Translations under genes and position numbers: made by a program
Shown: positions 26,533 to 35,853 of the stretch, piece after piece
Numbering within the stretch: position 1 is the stretch's first letter
How the letters are laid out: each line of letters opens with the position of its first letter
The notes under the pieces: generated by a model
What the model saw: only the letters and a program-made list of their open reading frames with translations
Database searches by the model: none
Told to the model about the DNA's origin: nothing
Source of the DNA: a virus
Taxonomy: Duplodnaviria; Caudoviricetes
Length of the DNA stretch: 64,000 nucleotides
Virus record (IMG/VR): IMGVR_UViG_3300021387_000141
Coordinates: 26,191 to 90,190 of that record
Direction: 5' to 3' (one strand)

Positions 26533-26558
26533 TCGCGAAATTTACATCCCCTCTTATA
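26533..26558 (+). promoter_or_regulatory. Phage promoter motif copy 11 (RNAP operon)
   Basis: TCGCGAAATTTACATCCCCTCTTATA. Confidence 0.7.
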
Positions 26559-26640
26559 GAGAGAAGTAGATATTACATCGACTTTTCGGTTTTGTCTTAC
26601 AAGACTTTTTGAGACCATGAACACATGGCCTCTTCTTTTT

Positions 26641-26808
26641 TAAGAACAGCGTTTGTCCGCTTTCCACTTTTCAGCCCACTTCCAATGTTTGGCTTAATCG
26701 TGCTAACGACCTTTTTCATTTTTACTCCTTTCAAATAGATGAATCCTTCTAAATAATCAACATTTTCCGCTCCGGACGTAAGTGGAAGGCGGATGAGCGC
26801 TGTTCTTA
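26641..26808 (+). ncRNA. Structured leader or sRNA closed by a 29-bp helix
   Basis: 26641-26669 pairs with 26780-26808: 25 Watson-Crick plus 4 G-U pairs, no mismatch on the + strand. Confidence 0.6.
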
Positions 26809-26830
26809 TTTTTTAACAGGAGGAGCTATA

Positions 26831-27121
26831 ATGCTCGAACGAAAGTTTCAATCCAAAGTTATTTCTGAATTGAAAGAGCTCTTTCCCGGCTGCGTTATTT
26901 TAAAGAATGACGCGAACTATCTTCAGGGGATCCCTGATATTTTGATCCTCTATGAAGATCGCTGGGCTATGCTCGAAACAAAAAAATCTGCAAAAGAACA
27001 TAAACAACCTAATCAGGAATATTACGTCGACAAGCTGAATCGCATGTCCTTTTCAAAATTTATTTATCCGGAGAACAAGGAGGAAGTTTTTTATGAACTT
27101 CAACGTGCATTCAAATCTTGA
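26831..27121 (+). CDS. VRR-NUC family nuclease
   Basis: LERKFQSKVISEL, GIPDILIL, LETKK, NQEYYV. Confidence 0.85.
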   Translation: MLERKFQSKVISELKELFPGCVILKNDANYLQGIPDILILYEDRWAMLETKKSAKEHKQPNQEYYVDKLNRMSFSKFIYPENKEEVFYELQRAFKS

Positions 27122-27656
27122 AGGCCGCCATGCATTTTTAGGTGCGAGCAAATACCATTGGATCAACTATGACGAAAGCAAGATCGCTGAAGCATACCGA
27201 AATGACCTGGCAAAAGAACGCGGAACCATATTGCATGATTTTGCTTCCCAGTGTATTCGGCTGAACCAGCGTCTGCCGAAATCCTCGCAGACATTGAACA
27301 TGTTTGTGAATGACGCGATCGGCTATAAGATGCGTTCCGAACAGCCGCTATATTTCAGCGAGAACTGTTTCGGGACCGCGGATGCGATCTGTTTTCGGAA
27401 GAACCTGCTGCGCATCCATGACCTGAAGACCGGTTTCACACCGGCGCATATGGAGCAGCTCTATATTTACAATGCGCTATTTTGCCTTGAGTACCATTTC
27501 GATCCGCATGAGATCGAGACCGAACTTCGTATTTATCAGTCGAATGAGGTCTTATGTGAAGAACCGGATCCGGACAATATTTCTGAAATTATGGAAAAGA
27601 TCAAAGCTTTTGACAAAATTTTACGAGATATTCAGCTGAAGGAGAGTGAAGCCTGA
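27093..27656 (+). CDS. PD-(D/E)XK nuclease-like protein
   Basis: RGTILH, FGTADAI, IHDLKTG, QLYIY. Confidence 0.75.
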   Translation: MNFNVHSNLEGRHAFLGASKYHWINYDESKIAEAYRNDLAKERGTILHDFASQCIRLNQRLPKSSQTLNMFVNDAIGYKMRSEQPLYFSENCFGTADAICFRKNLLRIHDLKTGFTPAHMEQLYIYNALFCLEYHFDPHEIETELRIYQSNEVLCEEPDPDNISEIMEKIKAFDKILRDIQLKESEA

Positions 27657-27657
27657 T

Positions 27658-30465
27658 ATGAGCAATAGTACAGCAATTAATATTTTAATTACCATGGCTA
27701 AGAAAGCCAAAAACCCGACGGTCAAGGATATTTTGCTTAGCGCAGCGGACATGAGCGATTCCGATTTTATTATGCATTACGGAACAAAGCGTCACTCCGG
27801 ACGATATCCCTGGGGTTCAGGCGACAATCCATATCAGCATGAAATCGATTTTTTGAATCGTGTCCGCAAGATGCGGAACAAGGGATATTCCGAACTGACC
27901 ATTGCAAAGAAGTGCGGATATTCTACGACCAGCGAACTGCGTTCCGCAGTCCGTTCGGCCAATAATGACATTTCTCAATATCGTATCCAGTGGGCCAACC
28001 AGTTATTAAAAGATGGCTTGACCCAGACCGAAGCCGCCCGGCGCATGGATATTCCGGAATCGACATTTCGTTCGATCATGGACAAACAGCGACAGGCCCG
28101 CGCTAATAAAGCGCAGTCGACTGCTAATTTTCTGAAATCCGTTGTTGACGAACGCGGCCCGATCGATATTGGTGCCGAAGTCAACCGTGAATTGAATATT
28201 TCCAACGAGAAACTGACACAGGCAGTCGATATTTTAAAGAAGCAGGGTTATGAAGTCCGTGTCGGTTCCATGCCTCAGGTAACGAATGAGCATGGCCAGC
28301 GGACGACCCTTAAAATTTTATGTCCTCCCGGATCTCCGAAGAACCAGGCATATTTGTATGACGATATTTCTCCGTTATTTGACTATGCCAAAGAATATTC
28401 TTCTTCCGATGGAGGCAAAACTTTCGATAAATTCGAATATCCTGCATCCATGGACTCCAAAAGAATATTTGTCCGATATTTGGAAGACGGCGGTGCGGAC
28501 CGTGACGGATTAATTGAACTCCGCCGCGGTGTTGAGGATTTATCGCTCGGCGGTTCCCGATATTCTCAAGTCCGAATATTAGTGGACGGGAATAAATATA
28601 TGAAAGGAATGGCCGTATATTCCGACAATATTCCGGATGGCTACGATGTTATTTACAACAGCCGTAAGTCCAGGGAAAAGGGCGAAGACCCGTTTAAGGA
28701 TATTAAAAAAGATGACCCGACGAACCCCTTCGGTTCCTATATTTCACCAAGGGGTCAGAGCCATTATATTGACTCGAAGACCGGAGAACGAAAATTATCT
28801 CTGATCAATAAACGTGCCGACGAAGGCGACTGGAACGACTGGTCCAAGTCCCTGCCTTCCCAATTTTTGTCCAAGCAGAACAAGAAGCTGATCGAGAATC
28901 AGTTAAATTTGTCCATTGCTGACAAGATGGCCGAGTACGAGGATATTTGCAACCTGACCAACCCGACCGTAAAGCGCCGATTATTAGAGACCTTTGCTGA
29001 GGATTGTGACGCGACTTCCGTCCATCTGGACGCGGCTGCCCTTCCCAGACAGCGCTATCAGGTTATTATTCCGCTGCCCTCCCTAAAGAAGGATCAAATT
29101 TATGCTCCGAATTTTAAGGATGGCGAGAAAGTGGCTTTGGTCCGCTACCCTCATGGCGGGATTTTTGAGATCCCCGTCCTTACCGTAAATAACAAAAATC
29201 GGGAAGGGATTTCTATATTATCTAAAAATCCGACCGACGCCGTAGGCATCAATATTGAGGCCGCCAAACAGCTGTCCGGCGCGGACTTTGACGGTGACAC
29301 GGTCATGGTGATCCCGTTATCCTCTAAGGTGCAGGTCTCTCACAGACCATATTTGGACGCCCTGAAAGGCTTCGACCCTGAAGTCGAATATCCGAAACGT
29401 GAAGGCATGAAGCCCATGCAGCGTACGGATATTGAGATGGGCAAGATCACCAATCTTATTATGGACATGACTCTTGCAGGCGCCCCTGAAGACGAGGTTG
29501 CCCGTGCCGTCAAGCACTCCATGGTTGTTATTGACGCCAAGAAGCACGAGCTTGACTGGCAGCTCTCTGAAGAACAGAACAAGATCAAGGAGCTGAAGGA
29601 CAAGTATCAGGGCCACTATGATGAGAACGGCCGCTGGCGCCATGGTTCGGGTACCATCGTGACCCGTGCCAAGAGCCCGGAACGCGTCACCAAACGCCGT
29701 GGTGAGTTCGACATCGATCCCGAGACAGGCAAGAAGATCTGGAAGGAAGCCTTCGATGCTCACTACGAAGACGCAAAGGGCAAGCCCAAGACGCGTACTC
29801 AGGAAAGCTACCGAATGCTCGAGACCGATGACCCTTACAGTCTTGTCTCCGGCATGAACACGCAGACCGAACAGCTTTACGCCCGCTATGCGGCGCAGCT
29901 GAAAGCGCTGGCCAATCAGGCACGTAAAGAGTACAAGTACAACACGCCGAACCTGGAATACAGCCCTTCGGCTCACAAAGTGTACAAGAAGGAAGTCGAT
30001 TCCCTCACTGAAAAGCTGCGCCAAAGCCGCTTGAACGCTCCCCGTGAACGTGAAGCGCAGCGCCGCGCCAATGTGCAGCTGGAACGGCTTTTTAAAGAAA
30101 ATCCGGAACTCCGGGACGATAAAAAACAAAGAGGCAAATACGCTCAGCAATATTTGACCGCTGCCCGTGTGGCAGTAGGCGCTCAGCGCTATAAGATTGA
30201 GATCACGCCGGCCGAATGGACCGCGATCCAGGCCGGAGCAATATCTGACAGCCTGCTGAAGCAAATATTAGACGCAACGGACACCAATACGGTGCGCGAA
30301 TACGCGACTCCGCGCAATTCAGACACCATGTCCAATGCTAAAAAAGCCAGATTATTTTCTCTTCGTCGTTCCGGTTACAGTAATGCGGAGATCGCAGACG
30401 CGCTCAATGTGCCTGTCTCGACGATCCTTTATTACGTACGCCAGGAAAAAGAAGGCAAACTCTAG
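27658..30465 (+). CDS. Single-subunit double-psi-barrel (YonO-like) DNA-dependent RNA polymerase
   Basis: Catalytic GADFDGD; RYPHGG; MGKITN, HSMVVIDAKKH; three HTH-like segments. Confidence 0.85.
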   Translation: MSNSTAINILITMAKKAKNPTVKDILLSAADMSDSDFIMHYGTKRHSGRYPWGSGDNPYQHEIDFLNRVRKMRNKGYSELTIAKKCGYSTTSELRSAVRSANNDISQYRIQWANQLLKDGLTQTEAARRMDIPESTFRSIMDKQRQARANKAQSTANFLKSVVDERGPIDIGAEVNRELNISNEKLTQAVDILKKQGYEVRVGSMPQVTNEHGQRTTLKILCPPGSPKNQAYLYDDISPLFDYAKEYSSSDGGKTFDKFEYPASMDSKRIFVRYLEDGGADRDGLIELRRGVEDLSLGGSRYSQVRILVDGNKYMKGMAVYSDNIPDGYDVIYNSRKSREKGEDPFKDIKKDDPTNPFGSYISPRGQSHYIDSKTGERKLSLINKRADEGDWNDWSKSLPSQFLSKQNKKLIENQLNLSIADKMAEYEDICNLTNPTVKRRLLETFAEDCDATSVHLDAAALPRQRYQVIIPLPSLKKDQIYAPNFKDGEKVALVRYPHGGIFEIPVLTVNNKNREGISILSKNPTDAVGINIEAAKQLSGADFDGDTVMVIPLSSKVQVSHRPYLDALKGFDPEVEYPKREGMKPMQRTDIEMGKITNLIMDMTLAGAPEDEVARAVKHSMVVIDAKKHELDWQLSEEQNKIKELKDKYQGHYDENGRWRHGSGTIVTRAKSPERVTKRRGEFDIDPETGKKIWKEAFDAHYEDAKGKPKTRTQESYRMLETDDPYSLVSGMNTQTEQLYARYAAQLKALANQARKEYKYNTPNLEYSPSAHKVYKKEVDSLTEKLRQSRLNAPREREAQRRANVQLERLFKENPELRDDKKQRGKYAQQYLTAARVAVGAQRYKIEITPAEWTAIQAGAISDSLLKQILDATDTNTVREYATPRNSDTMSNAKKARLFSLRRSGYSNAEIADALNVPVSTILYYVRQEKEGKL

Positions 30466-30479
30466 AAAGGAGCTCAATC

Positions 30480-30797
30480 ATGGAGAAAGATCAGACCTGT
30501 TACCTGACAACGTTCGACAATCCGTTCAATCCTGACACACAGTTCGATCTATGGTTGGACTTCGACATCGATCACGGCTATTACAGCTGCGCTTACCTGG
30601 ATCGGATCGCCAAGATCAGTCCCGCAATGAGCGAGATCGAGAAGGAACTGGAGATTGAACGCGCGATTGACGAGATCATCAAATATGACTTCCGAAATAT
30701 ATACACAAAAATATACGTAAAAAAACAAAATGACACCCCCGTTGTTGATGACGACGAGGATTTTGACAAATTAATTGACCGCAGCCATTACGCATAA
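30480..30797 (+). CDS. Acidic protein downstream of RNAP
   Basis: RBS GAAAGGAG; YLTTFDNPFNP..QFDLW. Confidence 0.8.
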   Translation: MEKDQTCYLTTFDNPFNPDTQFDLWLDFDIDHGYYSCAYLDRIAKISPAMSEIEKELEIERAIDEIIKYDFRNIYTKIYVKKQNDTPVVDDDEDFDKLIDRSHYA

Positions 30798-30799
30798 AA

Positions 30800-30880
30800 T
30801 AGACACACCCCGGGGGGATAGGCGAAAATCCCACCCCCTCCCCCAATCGCGGGGGTCTCCAAAAATTCTCCGGGGGAGTT
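30800..30880. other. G/C-run cluster, putative cos/packaging site
   Basis: CCCCGGGGGG, CCCCCTCCCCC, CGCGGGGG, CTCCGGGGG in the gap upstream of small terminase and HNH. Confidence 0.45.
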
Positions 30881-31161
30881 TTTTAGGACGCGTTTTATAT
30901 TTTAGCGTGGTGTTAATAACTTTAGTAAAAAATTTATATTTGTAATAGCCCTTTGAAGAGTGATTCAAAGGGCTTTGTTTAATGAAAGAAAAGACAAATG
31001 GATATTTTAGAAGGATTTAGAAAGTACTTTCAGGGGCTCAAGGTTTCCATTTGTTTCCTTTCGTTCCTAACATTATTCGTCTTATGATATGTGCTTGGTT
31101 TTTTCGTTGCTTTGAGCCTCTGAAAGTACTTTCTAACAAAGGAAAAGAATGAGGTAAGCGT

Positions 31162-31506
31162 ATGAGAAAGAAAGAGAAAGACCTTGAAACTCCGGTAAAG
31201 CGAAAACAAAGGCCGGGAATGTCGGTCGAAGCTCGTGAAAATCAGCTCATTTCGCTTGCCGTTGATCTTGCTGAAAAACAATTATTGGAAGGAACAGCTT
31301 CGTCACAAGTAATTACACATTATTTGAAGCTTGGTTCTACAAAAGAACGATTAGAAAAAGAAATTTTAAAACAACAAAAAGAATTAATTGAAGCGAAGAC
31401 TGAAGCTTTGCATTCATCGAAACGAATAGAAGAATTATATTCAAACGCATTGAATGCTATGCGGAATTATCGCGGTGACATTAATTCTGATGAAGATGAA
31501 GACTAA
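31162..31506 (+). CDS. Probable terminase small subunit
   Basis: First gene of the packaging module, helical; positional call. Confidence 0.5.
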   Translation: MRKKEKDLETPVKRKQRPGMSVEARENQLISLAVDLAEKQLLEGTASSQVITHYLKLGSTKERLEKEILKQQKELIEAKTEALHSSKRIEELYSNALNAMRNYRGDINSDEDED

Positions 31507-31929
31507 ATGGATACTCTGCGAACATATACAGAATTAATAAAACGTTCAACTTTTATGGATCGTTTTAATTATCTAAAACTGGATGGAAAAATCGGTGAAG
31601 ATACTTTTGGATTCGATCGATATTTGAATCAAATATTATATCGTTCTCCAGAATGGCGAAAAGTTCGGGACATTGTAATTGTCAGAGATAATGGAAATGA
31701 TTTAGGATTGGAAGGTTTTCAGATCGGTAAAAAGAATCTGATTGTCCATCATATGAATCCGATCACGTATCATGATATTGTCCAAAAGAATGATGAGATC
31801 ATGAACCCTGAATTTTTAATATGTGTATCCCGACTGACGCATCAAGCGATCCATTATGGTAATTTGGATCTTTTGCCAAAAGAACCAATAGAAAGATCAT
31901 TGAATGATACCTGCCCCTGGCGGCATTAA
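31507..31929 (+). CDS. HNH endonuclease (packaging-associated)
   Basis: RDNGNDLG, IVHHMNP, THQAIH. Confidence 0.85.
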   Translation: MDTLRTYTELIKRSTFMDRFNYLKLDGKIGEDTFGFDRYLNQILYRSPEWRKVRDIVIVRDNGNDLGLEGFQIGKKNLIVHHMNPITYHDIVQKNDEIMNPEFLICVSRLTHQAIHYGNLDLLPKEPIERSLNDTCPWRH

Positions 31930-31951
31930 ATATTATTAGGAGAAAATCAAA

Positions 31952-32170
31952 ATGAAAACCAGTAATCCGCTTTATGCGGTTGTTGTAAATTGCTTATGGG
32001 CTCCGGTTCATGAAAAACCGAATAATCAATCAGATGTTATTTGCGAGCTGGCGTGTTTAAGCGAAGTTGAAGTTCTTGAAGAAAAGTCAATTGACGTTTT
32101 CTATTATATTTGTGCGCCTTCGGGAGATGAGGGATACTGTTTAAAAGAGTATCTGGTTTTAAGAAAATAA
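31952..32170 (+). CDS. SH3b-like small protein
   Basis: PVHEKPNNQSDVI..L..V....GDEGY pattern. Confidence 0.55.
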   Translation: MKTSNPLYAVVVNCLWAPVHEKPNNQSDVICELACLSEVEVLEEKSIDVFYYICAPSGDEGYCLKEYLVLRK

Positions 32171-32199
32171 TTAAATAATTCAGCGATAGGAGAAACATT

Positions 32200-32544
32200 A
32201 TGGATGAAAGTATATTGAACTCGATAAAAAAATTGCTCGGTATCGCTGAATTTGATACCAGTTTTGATCAGGATATTATTATTCACATAAATACAATATT
32301 AGTAATTTTATGGCAGATGGGGGTGGGTCCTACATCCCCTCTTCGAATTTCGGGTCCTGAGGAAAAATGGAGTGATTTTGCGGAAGATTTATCAAAAATT
32401 GAGATGGTGAAGTCTTATATTCACCTAAGAGTGGCACAATTGTTTGATCCGACAACCAGTACAGCGGTAGATGAAAGTCGAAATAATTTAATTAAAGAAC
32501 TGGAATGGCGGTTATATGTAAGCGGAGATAGTGATATTTTATAA
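32200..32544 (+). CDS. Head-tail connector (gp6/gp15-like)
   Basis: SILNSIKKLLG..FDQDIIIHIN..VKSYIHLRV..FDP..ELEWRL. Confidence 0.75.
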   Translation: MDESILNSIKKLLGIAEFDTSFDQDIIIHINTILVILWQMGVGPTSPLRISGPEEKWSDFAEDLSKIEMVKSYIHLRVAQLFDPTTSTAVDESRNNLIKELEWRLYVSGDSDIL

Positions 32545-32859
32545 TTTAATTGCAATTGCAGATAAAAAAAGTACTGACAGCACTATTATTATAAGCAAAG
32601 CGATAATTATTTTAAATTCAAAAGAATCTTTATTTGATCGGTATTTAAAATATTTACTTATTTGTTTCGTTTTTTCTTTTTCTTTTTTTAAATAATTTAA
32701 AGATTGTTTAGAGCGTTCTTTTTCTGATAAAAGATGCTCCAAATTGTTTATATCTAAAAATAACTTAGAGCCACAATATTGGCAATATGCTTGTAAATGA
32801 TCTAAATCCAAAACTAAATCAGCACCGCATTTTTTACATTTCATTTCGATAGTTTTCAT
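32539..32859 (-). CDS. Antisense moron: zinc ribbon, coiled coil, C-terminal TM helix
   Basis: CKKCG/CQYCG; AT-rich; hydrophobic C-terminus. Confidence 0.7.
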   Translation of the reverse strand: MKTIEMKCKKCGADLVLDLDHLQAYCQYCGSKLFLDINNLEHLLSEKERSKQSLNYLKKEKEKTKQISKYFKYRSNKDSFEFKIIIALLIIIVLSVLFLSAIAIKL

Positions 32860-32892
32860 ATTATCAATTTTACTACAAAATAAGGAGGTCCC

Positions 32893-33456
32893 ATGGATTT
32901 TGACGAATTAAAACATTGGGGAATCTTTGGTATGAAATGGGGCGTCCGTCGTTATCAAAATGAAGACGGCTCTTTGACAGATGAAGGGCGGGAACATTAT
33001 AATGTCGGCCCTGCTAGAACCAAAGGCTATGAACGAGCAGAAGGCAATTTTAATAGAAATCGTTCTGATAATTATAACATTTCTAAAAAAAATAAGAGCT
33101 CTATATTTGATTCTAAAAACAAAAAACAAAAATTGCCGGAATTAATGTCAGATGATGAATTGTTTAAGATGACAAAAAGATTTAAAAGCCAGGCAAATTT
33201 TTATAATGCGCAAAATGACTATATAAAAAGTAAAGCATATAATGCTGAACTCACCAAAAAGAAAAGCAAATTAGGACAATTTTTAAATAAAATATTAGTC
33301 CAACCCGCAGAAAATGTATTATCAAGAAGTGTTGAATTTGGATTATCTGTAAGTACTGCGGCCTTTCTGGATTCTATAGATTCAAAATATGCAGATGATT
33401 ATACAAAATTTGTTCTAAAAAGTGGTAATAAAAATAAAAAGAAAGATGATGATTAA
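32893..33456 (+). CDS. His-motif protein 1 (putative internal head protein)
   Basis: ELKHWGIFGMKWGVRRYQNEDGSLT; Lys-rich. Confidence 0.75.
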   Translation: MDFDELKHWGIFGMKWGVRRYQNEDGSLTDEGREHYNVGPARTKGYERAEGNFNRNRSDNYNISKKNKSSIFDSKNKKQKLPELMSDDELFKMTKRFKSQANFYNAQNDYIKSKAYNAELTKKKSKLGQFLNKILVQPAENVLSRSVEFGLSVSTAAFLDSIDSKYADDYTKFVLKSGNKNKKKDDD

Positions 33457-33461
33457 TTATT

Positions 33462-35192
33462 ATGCTTTCAAATACCGCTACACCACGTTATTACGGCGAA
33501 TTTCGTCAGAAAGTTTTGCGGGGTGAAATACCGGTTCCAAAAACCATAGAAATGGAAATGAATCGGATCGATGATCTGATTCGAAACCGTGGAATTTATT
33601 ATGATGATCAAGCCGTAGAAGGATTTATTCGTTATTGTGAAAATGAATTGACATTAACGGATGGATCTGATCTGAAATTATTAGACACTTTTAAACTTTG
33701 GGCAGAACAAATTTTTGGTTGGTATTATTTCGAAGAGCATTCTATTTACGATCCCAAAAAGAAAAGATATGTAAACCGCCGAATAAAGAAACGCCTTGTA
33801 AATAAGCAATATTTAATCATTGCCCGTTCGGCTGCTAAATCTTTATATGCATCCTCAATCCAAAGTTATTTTTTAACGGTTGATACGACAACTACGCACC
33901 AAATTACGACCGCTCCAACGATGAAACAGGCAGAAGAAGTTCTTTCGCCGATTCGTACTGCGATCAGCAGATCCAGAGGGCCTTTATTTTCATTTTTAAC
34001 AGAAGGCTCTATTCAAAATACGACCGGATCCAAAATGGACCGGGTGAAATTGGCGGCAACAAAAAAGGGTGTCGAGAATTTTTTGACCGGATCCCTACTT
34101 GAAGTTCGTCCGATGAGCATTTCGAAACTTCAAGGACTTCGCTGTAAAATCGCGACGGTTGATGAATGGCTTTCCGGTGATATTCGTGAGGATGTGATCG
34201 GTGCAATCGAACAGGGTGCTGCAAAAGTAGATGATTATTTGATCCTGGCAGTATCTTCAGAAGGAACTGTCCGAAATGGTGCCGGTGATACGATCAAGAT
34301 GGAATTGATGGATATTCTCAAAGGAGAATATATTAATCCGCATGTTTCCATTTGGTATTATAAGCTTGACTCAATCGATGAAGTAAATCAACCGGAAATG
34401 TGGCCGAAAGCGAACCCGAATCTTGGCTATACCGTTAGTTACGAAACTTATCAGTTGGATAAAGAACGGGCTGAAAAAGCTCCGGCAGCCAGAAATGATA
34501 TTTTGGCAAAACGTTTTGGTATTCCGATGGAAGGATATACCTATTATTTTACTTATGAAGAAACACTTCCGCATCGTAAACGAGATTATTGGAATATGCC
34601 CTGCGCTATGGGTTGCGATCTGTCTCAGGGGGATGATTTTTGCGCTTTTACATTTTTATTCCCCTTACGCGGAGGAGCTTTTGGCATTAAAACCAGAAAT
34701 TATATTTCTTCTACAACTTTAAATAAACTTCCTGCAGCTATGCGTATTAAATACGATAGCTTTATGAATGAAGGGTCTTTGATCGTATTAAATGGTCCGG
34801 TCTTAAATATGATGGAAGTTTATGAAGACCTGGATGCGCATATTAATCGCTGTGGCTATGATATTCGCTGTGTTGGCTACGATCCCTATAATGCCCGGGA
34901 TTTTATTGAACGCTGGGCATCTGAAAATGGTCCTTATGGAATTGAGAAAGTAAAACAGGGCTCACGGACAGAATCTGTACCTTTGGGAGAATTAAAGAAA
35001 CTTTCGGAAGAGCGAATGCTTTTGTTTGATGAAGACCTGATGACTTTTACTATGGGTAATTGTATTACGCTTGAAGATTCCAATGGTAATCGTAAATTAT
35101 ATAAGAAACGCTATGACCAGAAAATCGATGCTGTTGCGGCTATGATGGATGCTTATATAGCATTTAAACTGAATCGAGAATCTTTTGAATAA
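33462..35192 (+). CDS. terL: Terminase large subunit
   Basis: ARSAAKS Walker A variant, TVDE, nuclease GCDLSQGDD and KIDAVAAMMD. Confidence 0.92.
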   Translation: MLSNTATPRYYGEFRQKVLRGEIPVPKTIEMEMNRIDDLIRNRGIYYDDQAVEGFIRYCENELTLTDGSDLKLLDTFKLWAEQIFGWYYFEEHSIYDPKKKRYVNRRIKKRLVNKQYLIIARSAAKSLYASSIQSYFLTVDTTTTHQITTAPTMKQAEEVLSPIRTAISRSRGPLFSFLTEGSIQNTTGSKMDRVKLAATKKGVENFLTGSLLEVRPMSISKLQGLRCKIATVDEWLSGDIREDVIGAIEQGAAKVDDYLILAVSSEGTVRNGAGDTIKMELMDILKGEYINPHVSIWYYKLDSIDEVNQPEMWPKANPNLGYTVSYETYQLDKERAEKAPAARNDILAKRFGIPMEGYTYYFTYEETLPHRKRDYWNMPCAMGCDLSQGDDFCAFTFLFPLRGGAFGIKTRNYISSTTLNKLPAAMRIKYDSFMNEGSLIVLNGPVLNMMEVYEDLDAHINRCGYDIRCVGYDPYNARDFIERWASENGPYGIEKVKQGSRTESVPLGELKKLSEERMLLFDEDLMTFTMGNCITLEDSNGNRKLYKKRYDQKIDAVAAMMDAYIAFKLNRESFE

Positions 35193-35201
35193 GGAGTTTT
35201 T

Positions 35202-35843
35202 ATGAATGACTATGAATTGAAACATTATAGAACTCCGGGTTCAAAAAACGGAGTTCGCAAGTATCAAAATTATGATGGGACTTTGACGCCATTGGGTTAT
35301 ATACATTATGGTATAGAAAAAAACGGAAAAAGCTACAGCGGAAATAAAACATTAGAGAAAAAAAGCGGATGGAATACTGTTAAAACTATAAATAAATATA
35401 ACCCAAGCCGTTTGCTTAGAGAACCTATTGATATAGCTATAAATATGCATGATGGTTCTAATATAAGAAAACGTAAAAATGTTACGGGCGGAGTATCTAT
35501 TTCTAAAAAAGAAAATGATCAAACTGTACAAAATATACAGGAATCTTATAAACCCGTAGAGCAGCAATTAGAGAAAGCTGCACAAGAACATTATGACGGT
35601 GTTTATTTGTCAGATTTAATGAGTAATGCAAACCGTCAAATATTGGCAGCCGGTGATCAATTTGTTCATAGTCCTATCGTTAAAGAAAAAATGATACGAG
35701 GTGGTTTTACTGAGTCATTGATTAGAGTAATTCAATATTTATCTAAAAATCCGGACGACTATTCTAAAAATAGATCCATTATAAAATCTCCGGCCTATTG
35801 GATGAACTTTGGTGGTAGACCAAGAATTAATCAAACACGATAA
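35202..35843 (+). CDS. His-motif protein 2
   Basis: ELKHYRTPGSKNGVRKYQNYDGTLT. Confidence 0.75.
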   Translation: MNDYELKHYRTPGSKNGVRKYQNYDGTLTPLGYIHYGIEKNGKSYSGNKTLEKKSGWNTVKTINKYNPSRLLREPIDIAINMHDGSNIRKRKNVTGGVSISKKENDQTVQNIQESYKPVEQQLEKAAQEHYDGVYLSDLMSNANRQILAAGDQFVHSPIVKEKMIRGGFTESLIRVIQYLSKNPDDYSKNRSIIKSPAYWMNFGGRPRINQTR

Positions 35844-35853
35844 AGGAGGTTAT

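Noticed and set aside
26641-26808. DNA inversion switch bounded by inverted repeats
   Set aside because: No recombinase seen in the window, inversion would only yield a 28-aa ORF, and the mismatches are all G-U compatible on one strand, favouring RNA structure
29317-30264. 315-aa minus-strand ORF
   Set aside because: Shadow of the GC3-rich part of the RNAP gene
31006-31017. 12-nt match (TTTAGAAGGATT) to the complement of the 26.7-kb loop
   Set aside because: A match this short is expected by chance in AT-rich sequence
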